Shown here piece by piece: positions 38,949 to 49,435 of a stretch of 56,260 nt of DNA (the first letter of the stretch is position 1; every line of letters begins with the position of its first letter). Under the pieces are notes generated by a model. That model was not told where the DNA came from, ran no database searches, and worked only from the letters and a program-made list of their open reading frames with translations. The translations under genes and the position numbers were made by a program. This DNA comes from Chthonomonadales bacterium. GTDB lineage: Bacteria; Armatimonadota; Chthonomonadetes; Chthonomonadales; CAJBBX01. The stretch is from assembly GCA_049967475.1 (NCBI GenBank), contig JBMFSQ010000024.1, positions 1-56,260 of the forward strand, read 5' to 3'.

Positions 38949-39777
38949 GCTCATCGAGCTCTGGCGCTTCCGCAGCCTCCTTTGGCAGCTTGTGCGGCGC
39001 GACCTAAAGGTCCGCTACAAGAATTCCCGCCTCGGCTTCCTGTGGTCCGTTGCGCCTCCCTTGATGCAGGTTGCCGTCATCACGTTTGCCCTCAAGCACG
39101 CTACAGACTTTGCCAAGGGCTTTGAGTCCTACTCTGCGTACGTGCTGGCAGGGATGATCCCATGGACCTACTTTCAGACTGCGGTGCTGGATTCCAGCCA
39201 GTCCATCCTGTTGATGTACGGGGTCATCAAGAAGGTCTACTTGCCGCGCGAGATCATCCCCCTTGCCGGGGCCATCAGCAACTTCATCCATTTTCTGCTC
39301 TCTTGGCTCGTGTTCTTCGTGTACCTTTGGGGCATCAGCCGGGCGCCTATCCTGCCGACGACGCTTTGGCTGCCCTACCTGGCCGTTGTGCAGTTCATGC
39401 TGGTGACGGCCGTTTGTCTTCTGGTGTCCTGCCTGAACGTCTTTTACGAGGATGTGAAGTACATTGTGAGCATCCTCATGAGCTTGGCGCTCTTTGTGCT
39501 TCCCATCATTTATGTGGTGGAACAACCCCTCTACCGAGGCAGCCGGTGGCTCCACGGGTGGGGTTTTAAGCTGTACATGCTCAATCCTCTCACAGCCCTG
39601 ATTACGGGTTATCGGAAGGCTCTGTTGGAACCCCCTCCCAGGGCTGTGCTGGGCGGCCCTTCCCTCCCCCTGGATGCGGGGAACCTGCTCCTTACCGGCC
39701 TGATCTCCTTTGTTCTGCTTGCGGCGAGCTACGCCTATTTCAACAGCCGCAAGTGGCAGTTCGTCGAACGGCCATGA
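38929..39777 (+). CDS. wzm: ABC-2 polysaccharide export permease (Wzm-like)
   Basis: RDLKVRYKNS.LG..W, IKKVYLPR and LNPL; 6 TM. Confidence 0.9.
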   Translation: MPRVKDELIELWRFRSLLWQLVRRDLKVRYKNSRLGFLWSVAPPLMQVAVITFALKHATDFAKGFESYSAYVLAGMIPWTYFQTAVLDSSQSILLMYGVIKKVYLPREIIPLAGAISNFIHFLLSWLVFFVYLWGISRAPILPTTLWLPYLAVVQFMLVTAVCLLVSCLNVFYEDVKYIVSILMSLALFVLPIIYVVEQPLYRGSRWLHGWGFKLYMLNPLTALITGYRKALLEPPPRAVLGGPSLPLDAGNLLLTGLISFVLLAASYAYFNSRKWQFVERP

Positions 39778-40568
39778 CAGCCTCCGATCCCCGCAATCCG
39801 GAAGGTCTTGCCTCGCCTTTCGCCATCTGCATCGAAGATTTGCACAAAACCTTCCTGCTCCGGCATCGCAGCGCGGGAACGATCAAGAGGGCCGTGCTCA
39901 ATGCGTTCCGGCGAAACCCAATCGAGCGGCGTGAAGTGCTCAAAGGCATCAATCTGAAGATCAGCCGGGGAGAAACCGCGGCCATCGTCGGCAGAAACGG
40001 TTCCGGCAAATCCACGCTACTCTCCCTCATCGCGCGCGTCTACAAGCCCACCTCCGGCCGCATCACCGTGCAGGGCACCGTTGCGCCGCTCTTGGAGCTT
40101 GGAGCAGGCTTCCATCCGGATCTTACCGGTGCCGAGAACCTGGAACTCTACGGCGCCATCCTCGGGCTTACACCGCGCCAGATCCGAGAGCGTGCTCCGC
40201 AGATCGTCGCCTTCGCCTTCGACACGCCGGACCTAGCGGAGAAGATAGACGTACCGATGCGCAACTACTCCGACGGTATGAAGATGCGCCTGGGCTTCTC
40301 GGTAGCCATTCACACCGATCCGGACATCTTAATCGTAGATGAGGTGCTGGCCGTTGGCGATGAGGCCTTCCAGCAGAAATGCTTCCGGAAGATCAGCGAG
40401 ATCCAACAGCGCGGGAAGACCATCCTCTTCGTGTCCCACGATATGAATGTGGTGCGGCGCGTGGCGACCCGGGCTATCTGGCTCCACGACGGGCTCATCC
40501 GGATGGATGACGGCGTAGATGCGGTGGTGGAGGCCTATGTACGCGCCGCAGAAGCTCCCGTCGCTTGA
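39774..40568 (+). CDS. wzt: Polysaccharide export ATPase (Wzt-like), no C-terminal CBM
   Basis: GRNGSGKST, YSDGMKMRL and DEVLAVGD; ATGA overlap with wzm. Confidence 0.9.
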   Translation: MTASDPRNPEGLASPFAICIEDLHKTFLLRHRSAGTIKRAVLNAFRRNPIERREVLKGINLKISRGETAAIVGRNGSGKSTLLSLIARVYKPTSGRITVQGTVAPLLELGAGFHPDLTGAENLELYGAILGLTPRQIRERAPQIVAFAFDTPDLAEKIDVPMRNYSDGMKMRLGFSVAIHTDPDILIVDEVLAVGDEAFQQKCFRKISEIQQRGKTILFVSHDMNVVRRVATRAIWLHDGLIRMDDGVDAVVEAYVRAAEAPVA

Positions 40569-40573
40569 TCTTC

Positions 40574-41365
40574 TCACCCGAGGGAGCCGAGCTTGCTGCC
40601 GAGGCGGGAGAAGACGCGGCGGGCATTGATCGTGGTGACCGCCGCCAACTCCGCAGGCGGCATCGCGCGGATTGAGGCCAGCCGGTCTAGCACGAAGGAT
40701 ATATAGGCCGGCTCGTTACGCTTCCCTCGATAGGGCTCCGGCGCAAGGTAGGGGGCGTCCGTCTCCAGCAGGATGCGGTCCGCAGGTACCGCGGCGGCCA
40801 CACGGCGCAGCGCCTCCGCGTTCTTGAAGGTAATCACGCCGCCGAAGCCCAAGTAAAGGCCCAGGTCCAGCGCCCTATGCGCCTCTTCCTGAGTACCTGC
40901 CCAGCAGTGCATCACTCCGGTGTGGCAGCGATCAAGAAGGCGCTCCAGAACATCCAGCGTGGGTCCGTAGGCTTCCCGGCAATGGATGATTACGGGCAGG
41001 CCGGTGTCAAGGGCTATTTGCAACTGCGCCTCGAACGCCGCCAATTGGGCGCCGGCCGGCGAGAAGTGATAGTGGTAGTCCAGCCCGATCTCTCCTACAG
41101 CCACCACACGGGAATGGCCGGCGAGCTTCCGAATGTGCTGATGCGCTTGCCCGCTATAGGTGCGTGCGTCGTGAGGGTGCACCCCCACTGCAGCGAACAC
41201 CTGGGAAAATTCCTCGGCCAGGCGCACCGCGGCTTCGCTGCTGGGCACGTCGTAACCCACGACGATGATGCGCTCTACACCGCGTGCCTCGGCACGACGC
41301 ACGGCGCCTTCCACGTCGCCCTGGAACTTCTCGTGGTTCAGGTGGCAGTGAGTGTCCACGATCAT
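40574..41365 (-). CDS. tatD: TatD family DNase
   Basis: DTHCH, GVHPH, GEIGLD, HCR and ETDAPY. Confidence 0.95.
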   Translation of the reverse strand: MIVDTHCHLNHEKFQGDVEGAVRRAEARGVERIIVVGYDVPSSEAAVRLAEEFSQVFAAVGVHPHDARTYSGQAHQHIRKLAGHSRVVAVGEIGLDYHYHFSPAGAQLAAFEAQLQIALDTGLPVIIHCREAYGPTLDVLERLLDRCHTGVMHCWAGTQEEAHRALDLGLYLGFGGVITFKNAEALRRVAAAVPADRILLETDAPYLAPEPYRGKRNEPAYISFVLDRLASIRAMPPAELAAVTTINARRVFSRLGSKLGSLG

Positions 41366-42126
41366 AGGCTGTACAGCCCCTCGGCGGCAGGCCGACCTCC
41401 CGTAAATGGATCTGTCAGCTTCTGAACCTTGCCGAAAGCTGCAAGGGCTCGCTCCACCTGAAGCCGAGACACGGGCCGGAAGCCATACCAGTGGGCATCG
41501 AATTCCATTGCAACCGGCCGCACCACGGAATAGAGATCCGGATGTTTGCGCAGTGCGGCCAAGTACTCGCCGTTGGTGGCCGGCTCGCGGTATCTGATCG
41601 CTCCGGCGCGGTCCATCTGCAAGAGGATGGCAAGGAAAACAGCTCGGAAGGCTTCACGGAGATCGCCGGAAGCTAAAGCGCTGTGAGCCTGGCTCAGCCA
41701 CGCGTCGGGATCTTGGGGGCGGGTGAGGAAAGCTGCATCCGAGCCGTTCGATTGGGAACGGCGCCGCCCTACGGCCACAGAAAGCCGGGAGATGCCCGCA
41801 GCCAAGATGAGGGCCATGAGGACCACGAGCGCCGTGAAGATCGCCCACAGTAGGGCATCGGTAGCCCGTCCGGCATTACGGCCGGCGCGGAAGAGGCGGT
41901 CCAGCCAATCCCCGATGGCCCGGAGGGCTCTGCGGATGACGGCGGCCGCCTTCTCCAGTATGGGAATACGAAGCGACCGGTCGCGAAAATCGGGCGAAGC
42001 AAGGATCGCGCGCGCTTCGTTGCGGATGCGTTCGGCCCGCGGAACATCTGCTCGGGCGGCGCTCGGCAAGCACGGGCCGCACAACCACACGGTCCCGGCC
42101 AACATCATCCATAAACACGCCCTCAT
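41362..42126 (-). CDS. DUF4129-domain membrane protein
   Basis: Signal, IL..PDF, TM, then ATNGEY...F...WYG C-terminal pattern; ATGA overlaps at both ends. Confidence 0.75.
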   Translation of the reverse strand: MRACLWMMLAGTVWLCGPCLPSAARADVPRAERIRNEARAILASPDFRDRSLRIPILEKAAAVIRRALRAIGDWLDRLFRAGRNAGRATDALLWAIFTALVVLMALILAAGISRLSVAVGRRRSQSNGSDAAFLTRPQDPDAWLSQAHSALASGDLREAFRAVFLAILLQMDRAGAIRYREPATNGEYLAALRKHPDLYSVVRPVAMEFDAHWYGFRPVSRLQVERALAAFGKVQKLTDPFTGGRPAAEGLYSL

Positions 42127-43094
42127 GAGGCTGCTCCGCCGGCTGCCGGAACAAGCATCCGCTCGAGCCAGGCGATGTCGAACCCCTCCTTGCGGATGCG
42201 CCGATCGTAATAGAGCAGGGTCAAAGCGATGAGAGGATAGGGTTGCAGAAACATGGACACCAGAGCCGTCCATATGCTCACGGCTACGTGCTGCCATACC
42301 TGTGGAACCTGGGCCGGCTGAAAGACAAGCACCTGCATGAGGAGCATAAGGGAGGCTTCGATGGTTGCGGTGACGCCGTAGCTTACGAGTACGAGGGCTG
42401 CGGCCGCCCCGAACAGGCGCCAGAAGCTTCCCCGCACGAGGTCCATGTTCCTTTGCAAGGCGCGCGTGTTGGCAGCCCCTTCGAGAACCACAATCTGTAT
42501 CACGAAGAGACCGAACCATACCATGACCATTCCCAGCACAAGGCCAACCACCAGCATTACGCCGATCGTAGCTAAAGCAGCAGCCACCGCGACGCTGCCG
42601 AAAGCCGCACCCGCCAGGGCGGTAACCATCCCCAACACGAGCGCGGCAGGAATGGCCACAACGAAGAAGAGTCCGGTTAGGATCACTGTAAGCAGGAATG
42701 TTGTGGAAAGAATGCGGGGCAGCATGGGCAGGATACCCCGATAAGCGGCGCCCACGCTCGCAGGATATCCCAGATAACGGCGAGAGATCGCCAGTGTGAG
42801 GGTGCCGTTTTGCACGAGCGACACGACCCACCACAGCAGAACAAACACGAAAAAGAGCATAAGGGTGGTTGGGGTAAAGTTCAACTGATCACTGCGCCCT
42901 GCGCCGGGTGAAACGCCGGGTTCTATGCGTATAACGTACGTGAGCCAGTCGTACACAGCAAGCCCGGGCGCCTGGACGACAGCGACGATGCCGGCGAAGA
43001 GGCGAAAGTTCGTCTTGTACAACTCGAAGGCCTCGTCGAAGATATCGCCCAGGCTCATGAGGATCAAATCTCGCCCGGCACCGGCGCCCTCCAT
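42123..43094 (-). CDS. Polytopic membrane protein of the family usually adjacent to DUF4129
   Basis: MSLGDIFDEAF.LY and LLYYD.RIRKEGFD motifs; about 6 TM. Confidence 0.75.
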   Translation of the reverse strand: MEGAGAGRDLILMSLGDIFDEAFELYKTNFRLFAGIVAVVQAPGLAVYDWLTYVIRIEPGVSPGAGRSDQLNFTPTTLMLFFVFVLLWWVVSLVQNGTLTLAISRRYLGYPASVGAAYRGILPMLPRILSTTFLLTVILTGLFFVVAIPAALVLGMVTALAGAAFGSVAVAAALATIGVMLVVGLVLGMVMVWFGLFVIQIVVLEGAANTRALQRNMDLVRGSFWRLFGAAAALVLVSYGVTATIEASLMLLMQVLVFQPAQVPQVWQHVAVSIWTALVSMFLQPYPLIALTLLYYDRRIRKEGFDIAWLERMLVPAAGGAAS

Positions 43095-43096
43095 CG

Positions 43097-44041
43097 TTAC
43101 GCTCCCCCCTTCGTAACGTCTTTTACACGCACCGTCACCCGCACCGTGTAGTGCCCGTCCTTGACGTTCACATCGGGCGGCAGTTCGAGAGGCACTTCGC
43201 GTGTGGTGTCGGATGTAAGCCCTTCAATAGACACCGGCGTCGTGCTGACGCTGGTCATCTGCACAAGGCGATCGGACTTGCCGGACACCGTCACTTGACT
43301 GGGATCCACTTCTACATCCGTCACTTCATAGGGATACCGCGTTTTCCCGCGGAAGGGCACGCTCACCAGGAGGGTGCGGGTTGCGGGCGCCTCCACCAGA
43401 TTGAGTTCCACATGGGTCTTGGCGGGATCAATCGTAACGGTGTCCACCACCACGTCGTCGCGGTCCACGGCCTGGATCGGCAGGTCCGCCCGCACGCTGC
43501 CTCCGCGGGTGTCTATGTAGACCACGAGGCGGCTGACGCGGAGCAAATCGTCTTTCGTGCCGATGACCCAAGCCCATTCCGGATCCAGGTGCGCCCGCCC
43601 ATAACTTCGGCCGAAGGGGGCTTCGTTGGTGAACCTGGGCTCGATGCGAAGCTGTTTGCGCTCCTTGGCCAGCACATCTGCGGCCACGTACTGGCGCAGC
43701 GGCCGAAAGGTGAGGTGGGGCGCCGAGGGCGGAGCTTCATAGCGCACGATGCGCAATTGCGACACTCCGGGTCTTGCGGACCGGGCGGACACGATGGCTT
43801 TGACGTCATTCTCGCCTACAGTCTCGACTTCGTTGTTCGGGCCGGTGATTTCCACGGGAACCGTTTCGGAGCGCAGGCGGATGATTACATCCTGCGGAGC
43901 GGTGCCGTTGATGCGGGGTTCCGCATTGACCGTACGTGTGATGATGGGGTTGCGCTCGGCGGCCACATAGAACCAGATCATCACCGAAGTCGCCAGGGCG
44001 AAGAGCTTGAGGCCTAGGTTCTCGCTGAAATGTCGGAACAT
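43097..44041 (-). CDS. cdaR: CdaR/YbbR-domain regulator
   Basis: NLGLKLFAL...WFYV anchor followed by repeated YbbR-type beta domains; follows cdaA. Confidence 0.85.
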   Translation of the reverse strand: MFRHFSENLGLKLFALATSVMIWFYVAAERNPIITRTVNAEPRINGTAPQDVIIRLRSETVPVEITGPNNEVETVGENDVKAIVSARSARPGVSQLRIVRYEAPPSAPHLTFRPLRQYVAADVLAKERKQLRIEPRFTNEAPFGRSYGRAHLDPEWAWVIGTKDDLLRVSRLVVYIDTRGGSVRADLPIQAVDRDDVVVDTVTIDPAKTHVELNLVEAPATRTLLVSVPFRGKTRYPYEVTDVEVDPSQVTVSGKSDRLVQMTSVSTTPVSIEGLTSDTTREVPLELPPDVNVKDGHYTVRVTVRVKDVTKGGA

Positions 44042-44068
44042 CGGCTTTTTGGACCTGCGGGGGCAGGA

Positions 44069-44956
44069 TCAGGAGCCCCCCGTGCTGCGACGTGCCTCTC
44101 TGGCCGTCTTCAGGGCATCACCAACACGCGTCGCCATTTGCCCGATGGGCAGCGGCCCCAACCGGCTGCGCGTGTCCCCAATCTTCAAGAGCTCGATGAG
44201 ACGTTCGCGGAGGGTGTCCTCGCGGAAGCCGCGGATCAGGCGGCCCTCCACCGCCAGAGAGATCGTGCCCGTCTCCTCGGACACCACCACCACGACGGCA
44301 TCGCTCTGTTCCGAGATGCCCAAGGCCGCCTTATGGCGCGTGTGCACCGTACCGTCCACCTTAGGGCTGGCCGTAAGGGGGAGCGTACATCCTGCAGCCG
44401 CGATGCGGTCTTGGCGAATGATCACCGCGCCATCGTGGAGCGGCGTTCCCTTGTAGAAGATGGTTCCCAACAGGGCGCTGCTGGCGGCCGCATCCAGGTG
44501 CGTCCCAGTAGAGGCGATATCCTCGAGCCCCACTTCCCTCTCGAACACAATCAGCGCGCCGAGCCTCTTTACAGACAGGGTGCATACTGCGCTGACCACA
44601 GCATCCACCATCCGGGCCAGCTCTTCACTTCGGCCCAGCGCCAGGCTGCGGCCCCAGAAGCCGGGGCGGCCGAACTCCTCCAGCGCGTGGCGAAGCTCCG
44701 GCAGAAAGAGGATAACGATGGCCACAGGACCTAAAGGGAATGCCTGCCGCAGCAGCCAATGCAACGCATACAGGTGCAACCGGTCCGAAAGAAAGACTAC
44801 GATGAAAAAGATGGTGAGCCCGTAGATAATCTGAAGCGCGCGCGTCCCCTTCGCCAGGAGCAGGAGGCGATAAATGAGCCATGCCACACAGAGAATGTCT
44901 ACGATCACCCAATAATTGAAACCCTTGAGCACGTTCCATATCTGTGTCTGGTTCAT
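44069..44956 (-). CDS. cdaA: Diadenylate cyclase CdaA/DacA
   Basis: 3 TM, PELR.ALE, GALIV, PLHDGA, TRHKAA and VSEETG. Confidence 0.93.
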   Translation of the reverse strand: MNQTQIWNVLKGFNYWVIVDILCVAWLIYRLLLLAKGTRALQIIYGLTIFFIVVFLSDRLHLYALHWLLRQAFPLGPVAIVILFLPELRHALEEFGRPGFWGRSLALGRSEELARMVDAVVSAVCTLSVKRLGALIVFEREVGLEDIASTGTHLDAAASSALLGTIFYKGTPLHDGAVIIRQDRIAAAGCTLPLTASPKVDGTVHTRHKAALGISEQSDAVVVVVSEETGTISLAVEGRLIRGFREDTLRERLIELLKIGDTRSRLGPLPIGQMATRVGDALKTAREARRSTGGS

Positions 44957-44997
44957 GGCGCTGCCCGTGCCCCCTCGCCCCGCGATCCCTCTGGCTA

Positions 44998-45026
44998 AGT
45001 ATAGCAGACCTCAGCCGCGTGCACAA
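44998..45026 (-). promoter_or_regulatory. Sigma70 promoter TTGTGC-N17-TATACT (extended -10) for the cdaA operon
   Basis: Correct spacing, about 40 nt upstream of ATG 44956. Confidence 0.55.
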
Positions 45027-45135
45027 CGACGCCCTGCGCCGCCTCTATGTGCTAGACTCACTGCCAGACGGCCCCGATCCCGGCGTCGTCCCAACGTCGG
45101 CGCAAAACCACCGGCCTTAGAGAGAGCCCCTTCTG

Positions 45136-46497
45136 ATGATACGCAACAAATTCCTGTCACCTAGCAGCAGCTCGGCCCCTGCAATCGCATTCCCCTTGGC
45201 CAGAACCTTCGCCTGCCTCGCGGTGCTCGTTATGCTTGCGGGATGCGCTGCCCGCGAGAGCGACCGCGACCGTGAAGGCCGCCTCATTGTGTCCGTTTGG
45301 CATCCGTGGGGAGGGGCCATGACCTCCCGCATCGAGCACGTCTTTGCAGCCTACAGCCGTACCCATCCCAATATCCACCTCCGCGTCCTCTTCACTCCCA
45401 ATGATCTCTCCAATAACCAAAAGTTCTTCACGAGTGTCGCAGCGGGCAAGCCGCCGGACGTCATCTTCGTGGACGGACCCCAAGTAGCCGAGTGGGCGGA
45501 ACGGGGAGCCCTTCAGCCCCTGGACCGCTTCGTTCAGCAGGCGCACATCCAGCCCGGCGACTACTTCCCCCCGTGCTGGCGTCAAAACGTCTACCGCAAC
45601 CATGTTTGGGCCCTCACCTTTTGCGCAGATCCTAACTTCGCCTTCGTGTGGAACAAGCGGGACTTCCTCAGCGCCGGGCTGGACCCTAACCGCCCTCCCG
45701 TCACACTGGCCCAGATGGATGCCATGGCGGCGAGGCTTACCCGCATCGAGGGCGGCGCCATCACGCGAATGGGCATCATTCCGTGGGAGCAATACGGCCA
45801 CACCAATTCCCTCTTCACGTGGGGATGGGTCTTCGGCGGATCCTTCTACGATGACGCTCATCACAGGGTTACGGCCAATGACCCCAAGATCGTGCAGGCT
45901 CTCACCTGGATGGTGAGCTACGCCCGAAAGTACGATATCACGCGCATCACAAGCCTCCAGCAGGGCTTCGGAACAGCTCAGCTCGACCCCTTCTACGTAG
46001 GCAAACTCTCCATGCGGTGCCTGCACATCAGCGGCATCGAAGATATTCGCCGCTACGCTCCCGACTTGCAGTACGGCATCACCTTCATCCCATATCCGCC
46101 TGGAGGCGAGCGCCATTCCAGTTGGGTGGGAGGCTGGTGCGTAGCCCTTCCTTCAGGAGCCCGGCACCCCGAGGCAGGATGGGATCTCATCCGCTGGCTC
46201 ACCAGGGATGATGAGGGGACGCGCATCGTAGGAACCGAGATGGGGCTCATGCCGGGGTATCGGCGCTCGCCCGCCTTCCGCGTGCTGAGCCACGAGCCCG
46301 GCTTCGATATGTTTTATCGCATCCTGCTGGAGACACGCCACCAGCGCCCTGTGATGCCTGTGCAGGCGTATTACATGGGCGCCCTGCAGCGAGCGGTGGA
46401 TGCCGCCCTCTACGGGCAGAAGACGCCCCAGCAAGCGCTGGACGATGCCACGTCCGAAACTCAAGCGGAACTGGACGTGGTGCTCAAGGGCGGGTGA
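45136..46497 (+). CDS. CUT1 sugar ABC substrate-binding lipoprotein
   Basis: Lipobox [15 protein letters not shown] and GGW motifs; start uncertain. Confidence 0.88.
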   Translation: MIRNKFLSPSSSSAPAIAFPLARTFACLAVLVMLAGCAARESDRDREGRLIVSVWHPWGGAMTSRIEHVFAAYSRTHPNIHLRVLFTPNDLSNNQKFFTSVAAGKPPDVIFVDGPQVAEWAERGALQPLDRFVQQAHIQPGDYFPPCWRQNVYRNHVWALTFCADPNFAFVWNKRDFLSAGLDPNRPPVTLAQMDAMAARLTRIEGGAITRMGIIPWEQYGHTNSLFTWGWVFGGSFYDDAHHRVTANDPKIVQALTWMVSYARKYDITRITSLQQGFGTAQLDPFYVGKLSMRCLHISGIEDIRRYAPDLQYGITFIPYPPGGERHSSWVGGWCVALPSGARHPEAGWDLIRWLTRDDEGTRIVGTEMGLMPGYRRSPAFRVLSHEPGFDMFYRILLETRHQRPVMPVQAYYMGALQRAVDAALYGQKTPQQALDDATSETQAELDVVLKGG

Positions 46498-48868
46498 CGC
46501 CTGCGTGGAACGCCGGCCGCCACTTGCGCAGCCGTAGGGCATTGGAGATAACCGACACGTCCGACAAGGCCATGGCTGCCGAGGCAATCATGGGGGAGAG
46601 GAGCCTCCCAGTGAACGGGTAGAGCGCCCCCGCCGCAATGGGAATGCCTAGGCTGTTGTAGCCAAAGGCGAAGGCCAAATTCTGTGCTATGTTGCGATAA
46701 ACCGCCCTGGAGAGTTCCAGCGCAGTCACCACGCCCCAAAGGTCCCCGGAAAGCAGGGCAATCCCCGCGGCTTCAATGGCTACATCGGTACCATGCCCCA
46801 TGGCGATGCCTACATCCGCCTGAGCTAAAGCAGGAGCATCATTGACCCCGTCGCCCACCATGGCCACGCGCTTGCCTTGCGCCTGAAGCCGGGACACCTC
46901 TGCCGCCTTCCGCTCCGGCGGAACCTCGGCCAGCACTCGGTCTATCCCAACAGCCCTGGCTACTGCTTCCGCCGTGCGCGCGTTGTCACCGGTGATCATA
47001 ACGACTTCCAGCCCCATCCGCCGCAGGGCAGCGATGGCCGATGCCGAGCCGGGCTTGAGCATGTCTGCTACGGAAAGGACCCCTGCCGCCCGCCCGTCCA
47101 CCGCCAAGCCCACCGGGGTGTGGCCCCTTTCGGCTGATTGGGCGGCAGGTTCCACCATGGGGCCGGCATCCACGCCCATCTCTTCAAGGAAGCCCAGCGT
47201 CCCCACGAGTACATTCCGGCGGCCGATGAGCGCGCGGATCCCCCTGCCGGCCTCCGCATGGAAGTGCTCCGCCGGCAGAAGCTCCAGTCCCTGTTCCTGA
47301 GCCGCTCCTGCGACGGCATCGCCGATGGGATGCTCCGAGAGGCGCTCCGCCGAGGCGGCCAGGCGAAGAACTTCTGCTGCGGTCATCCCATTGAGCGGCA
47401 CCACATCCGCCAGCCTGGGCCGGCCTTGAGTGATGGTGCCGGTCTTGTCCAGCAACACCACCTCCACCGTGCGGGCGCGTTCCAGAGCTTCGGCGTCGCG
47501 GATGAGGATGCCGAGCTCCGCTCCCTTGCCGATGCCCACCATGATGGACGTGGGCGTCGCAAGGCCCAACGCACACGGGCAGGCGATGATGAGGACCGCC
47601 ACAAAATTGGAGAGGGCCATCACAGGCGACGGCCCGAAGGCGAGCCACAACGTTCCGGACGCAACGGCAATCATCACCACAATGGGTACGAAGTATCCCG
47701 TGATGGTATCCGCCAGCCTCTGGATCGGTGCCCGCGAAGACTGAGCCTTTCGCACGAGTTCTACGATGCGCGCCAAGGTCGTCTCACCTCCAACACGCGT
47801 CGCCTGGAATACGAAGGATCCCGAGCGGTTGAAGGTTCCTCCAGTCACAAAATCTCCCGGCCCCTTCTCCACGGGCATCGCCTCACCGGTGATCATGCTC
47901 TCATCCACGGTGGAACGCCCTTCCGACACGATGCCGTCTACCGGGATGCGTTCGCCGGGCCTCACGCGTATGAGATCGCCGTGGGCCACCTCGCCGATCG
48001 GAATATCCGTCTCTCGCCCATCCCGCACCACGCGAGCGGTTCGCGGCTGCAATCCCATGAGCTTCTCGATGGCAGCGCCTGTGCGCGCCTTCGCCCGGGC
48101 CTCCAGGGTTCGGCCCGTGAGGATGAGGGTGATGATGCCCGCAGCCGTCTCAAAATAGGCGTGGGGCATCACTCCAGCCCCAGCGAAAACGTGGGGCGCA
48201 AGGGTAACGGCTGCAGAATATGCATAGGCGCTGCCTGTACCGATGGCGATGAGCGCATTCATATCCGCAGAGCGGTGCCTCAAACTCACCACAGCGCCTT
48301 CAAAAAAAGGGCGCCCGCACCAGAAGAGGACCGGCGTGGCCAGAAGCCACTGCAGCCAAGGGTTGGCAAGCCAGGCGGGAACGCGCAACCCCACATCCAT
48401 CCCCATAGAGCCCGCCAAGATCGGAAGCGTAAGCAACACCGCCACCCGTAGGCGGCGTGCCAGGCTGCGGCCCTCCGCTGCCTGCAGCTCCGCCTGGCGA
48501 GCGCGCATCTGCTGAAGATCTACCACCACCTGGGCATCGTAGCCGGTGTCCTCTACCGCTTCTACCAGCGCTTCGCGCCGCACGAGTTTGGGATCGAAGG
48601 CGACGACGCCCTGGTTCTCGAGCAGGCTCACGCGTGCATCCGCGACGCCCGGAACCTGTCGGAGTGCCTTTTCCACACGCGACACGCAGGCTGCACACGT
48701 CATCCCGCCGATGGCCAGAGCGCACGTCTCCAGTGAAGGAGCCCCTTCCTCCTGATCTGCCCGGTCAGGTGTTCGCTCCTCGGCCCGGGATTTGCCGAAG
48801 AAGAACCACGCCACCGAAGCGAGGACGCCAAGCCCTAAAGACAGGATGACCGCCTGTTCTCCCGTCAC
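46484..48868 (-). CDS. copA: Cu(I)-type P1B ATPase
   Basis: GMTCAAC, TGE, CPC, DKTGT, SEHP, GDGVND and YN; GTG start after GGAGGGG. Confidence 0.93.
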   Translation of the reverse strand: MTGEQAVILSLGLGVLASVAWFFFGKSRAEERTPDRADQEEGAPSLETCALAIGGMTCAACVSRVEKALRQVPGVADARVSLLENQGVVAFDPKLVRREALVEAVEDTGYDAQVVVDLQQMRARQAELQAAEGRSLARRLRVAVLLTLPILAGSMGMDVGLRVPAWLANPWLQWLLATPVLFWCGRPFFEGAVVSLRHRSADMNALIAIGTGSAYAYSAAVTLAPHVFAGAGVMPHAYFETAAGIITLILTGRTLEARAKARTGAAIEKLMGLQPRTARVVRDGRETDIPIGEVAHGDLIRVRPGERIPVDGIVSEGRSTVDESMITGEAMPVEKGPGDFVTGGTFNRSGSFVFQATRVGGETTLARIVELVRKAQSSRAPIQRLADTITGYFVPIVVMIAVASGTLWLAFGPSPVMALSNFVAVLIIACPCALGLATPTSIMVGIGKGAELGILIRDAEALERARTVEVVLLDKTGTITQGRPRLADVVPLNGMTAAEVLRLAASAERLSEHPIGDAVAGAAQEQGLELLPAEHFHAEAGRGIRALIGRRNVLVGTLGFLEEMGVDAGPMVEPAAQSAERGHTPVGLAVDGRAAGVLSVADMLKPGSASAIAALRRMGLEVVMITGDNARTAEAVARAVGIDRVLAEVPPERKAAEVSRLQAQGKRVAMVGDGVNDAPALAQADVGIAMGHGTDVAIEAAGIALLSGDLWGVVTALELSRAVYRNIAQNLAFAFGYNSLGIPIAAGALYPFTGRLLSPMIASAAMALSDVSVISNALRLRKWRPAFHAGVTRP

Positions 48869-48890
48869 GGTTGCCCCTCCTTCTCTGCGC

Positions 48891-49109
48891 CTATGCAGAA
48901 CCCGTCGGCTCTGCGGGGAAGCCGGCCCGCGCCAAGGCGGCTGCCACCGTCTGGGCGTCCGTCTGCTCGGCATCGAAGCGCACGGTTACATCCTTGCGTG
49001 CCACGTCTACATCTACGTGCTCGATGCCTGCCAGCTTGCCCAAAGCCTTCTTGATGCTGCGGGCACATCCATCGCACTCAATCGCCGGCGCATGAAGCGT
49101 AATCTCCAT
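48891..49109 (-). CDS. copZ: HMA-domain copper chaperone
   Basis: IECDGC metal motif, ferredoxin-like fold; lies between csoR and copA. Confidence 0.85.
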   Translation of the reverse strand: MEITLHAPAIECDGCARSIKKALGKLAGIEHVDVDVARKDVTVRFDAEQTDAQTVAAALARAGFPAEPTGSA

Positions 49110-49144
49110 GGATTTCTCTCCTTTCACGTGTCGGATGCGGAACG

Positions 49145-49435
49145 TTACTTCAAAAAGCGCGACAGGGCCAGCCTCAACTCATCCAGCATCTCCTCGCGCG
49201 TCATGGTCCGGCACTCCTCATGCTCCGATCCCGTGCCGTGGCCCACCAGACACGTGTCCATGTGGGACACCAGCAGGTTCACCCCCACGGCATCCAGAGC
49301 CGAACGCGCTGCCGCAATCTGGTTGAGGATCTCGACGCAATAGCGGTCTTCGGCGATCATCTTCTCGATGCCCGCTACCTGCCCTACCACGCGCTTCATC
49401 CTAAAGAGCAGATCTGCCTTAGTCTGCGGCGTCAT
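49145..49435 (-). CDS. csoR: CsoR-family metal-sensing repressor
   Basis: [18 protein letters not shown] and HMDTC (Cys-His-Cys). Confidence 0.9.
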   Translation of the reverse strand: MTPQTKADLLFRMKRVVGQVAGIEKMIAEDRYCVEILNQIAAARSALDAVGVNLLVSHMDTCLVGHGTGSEHEECRTMTREEMLDELRLALSRFLK

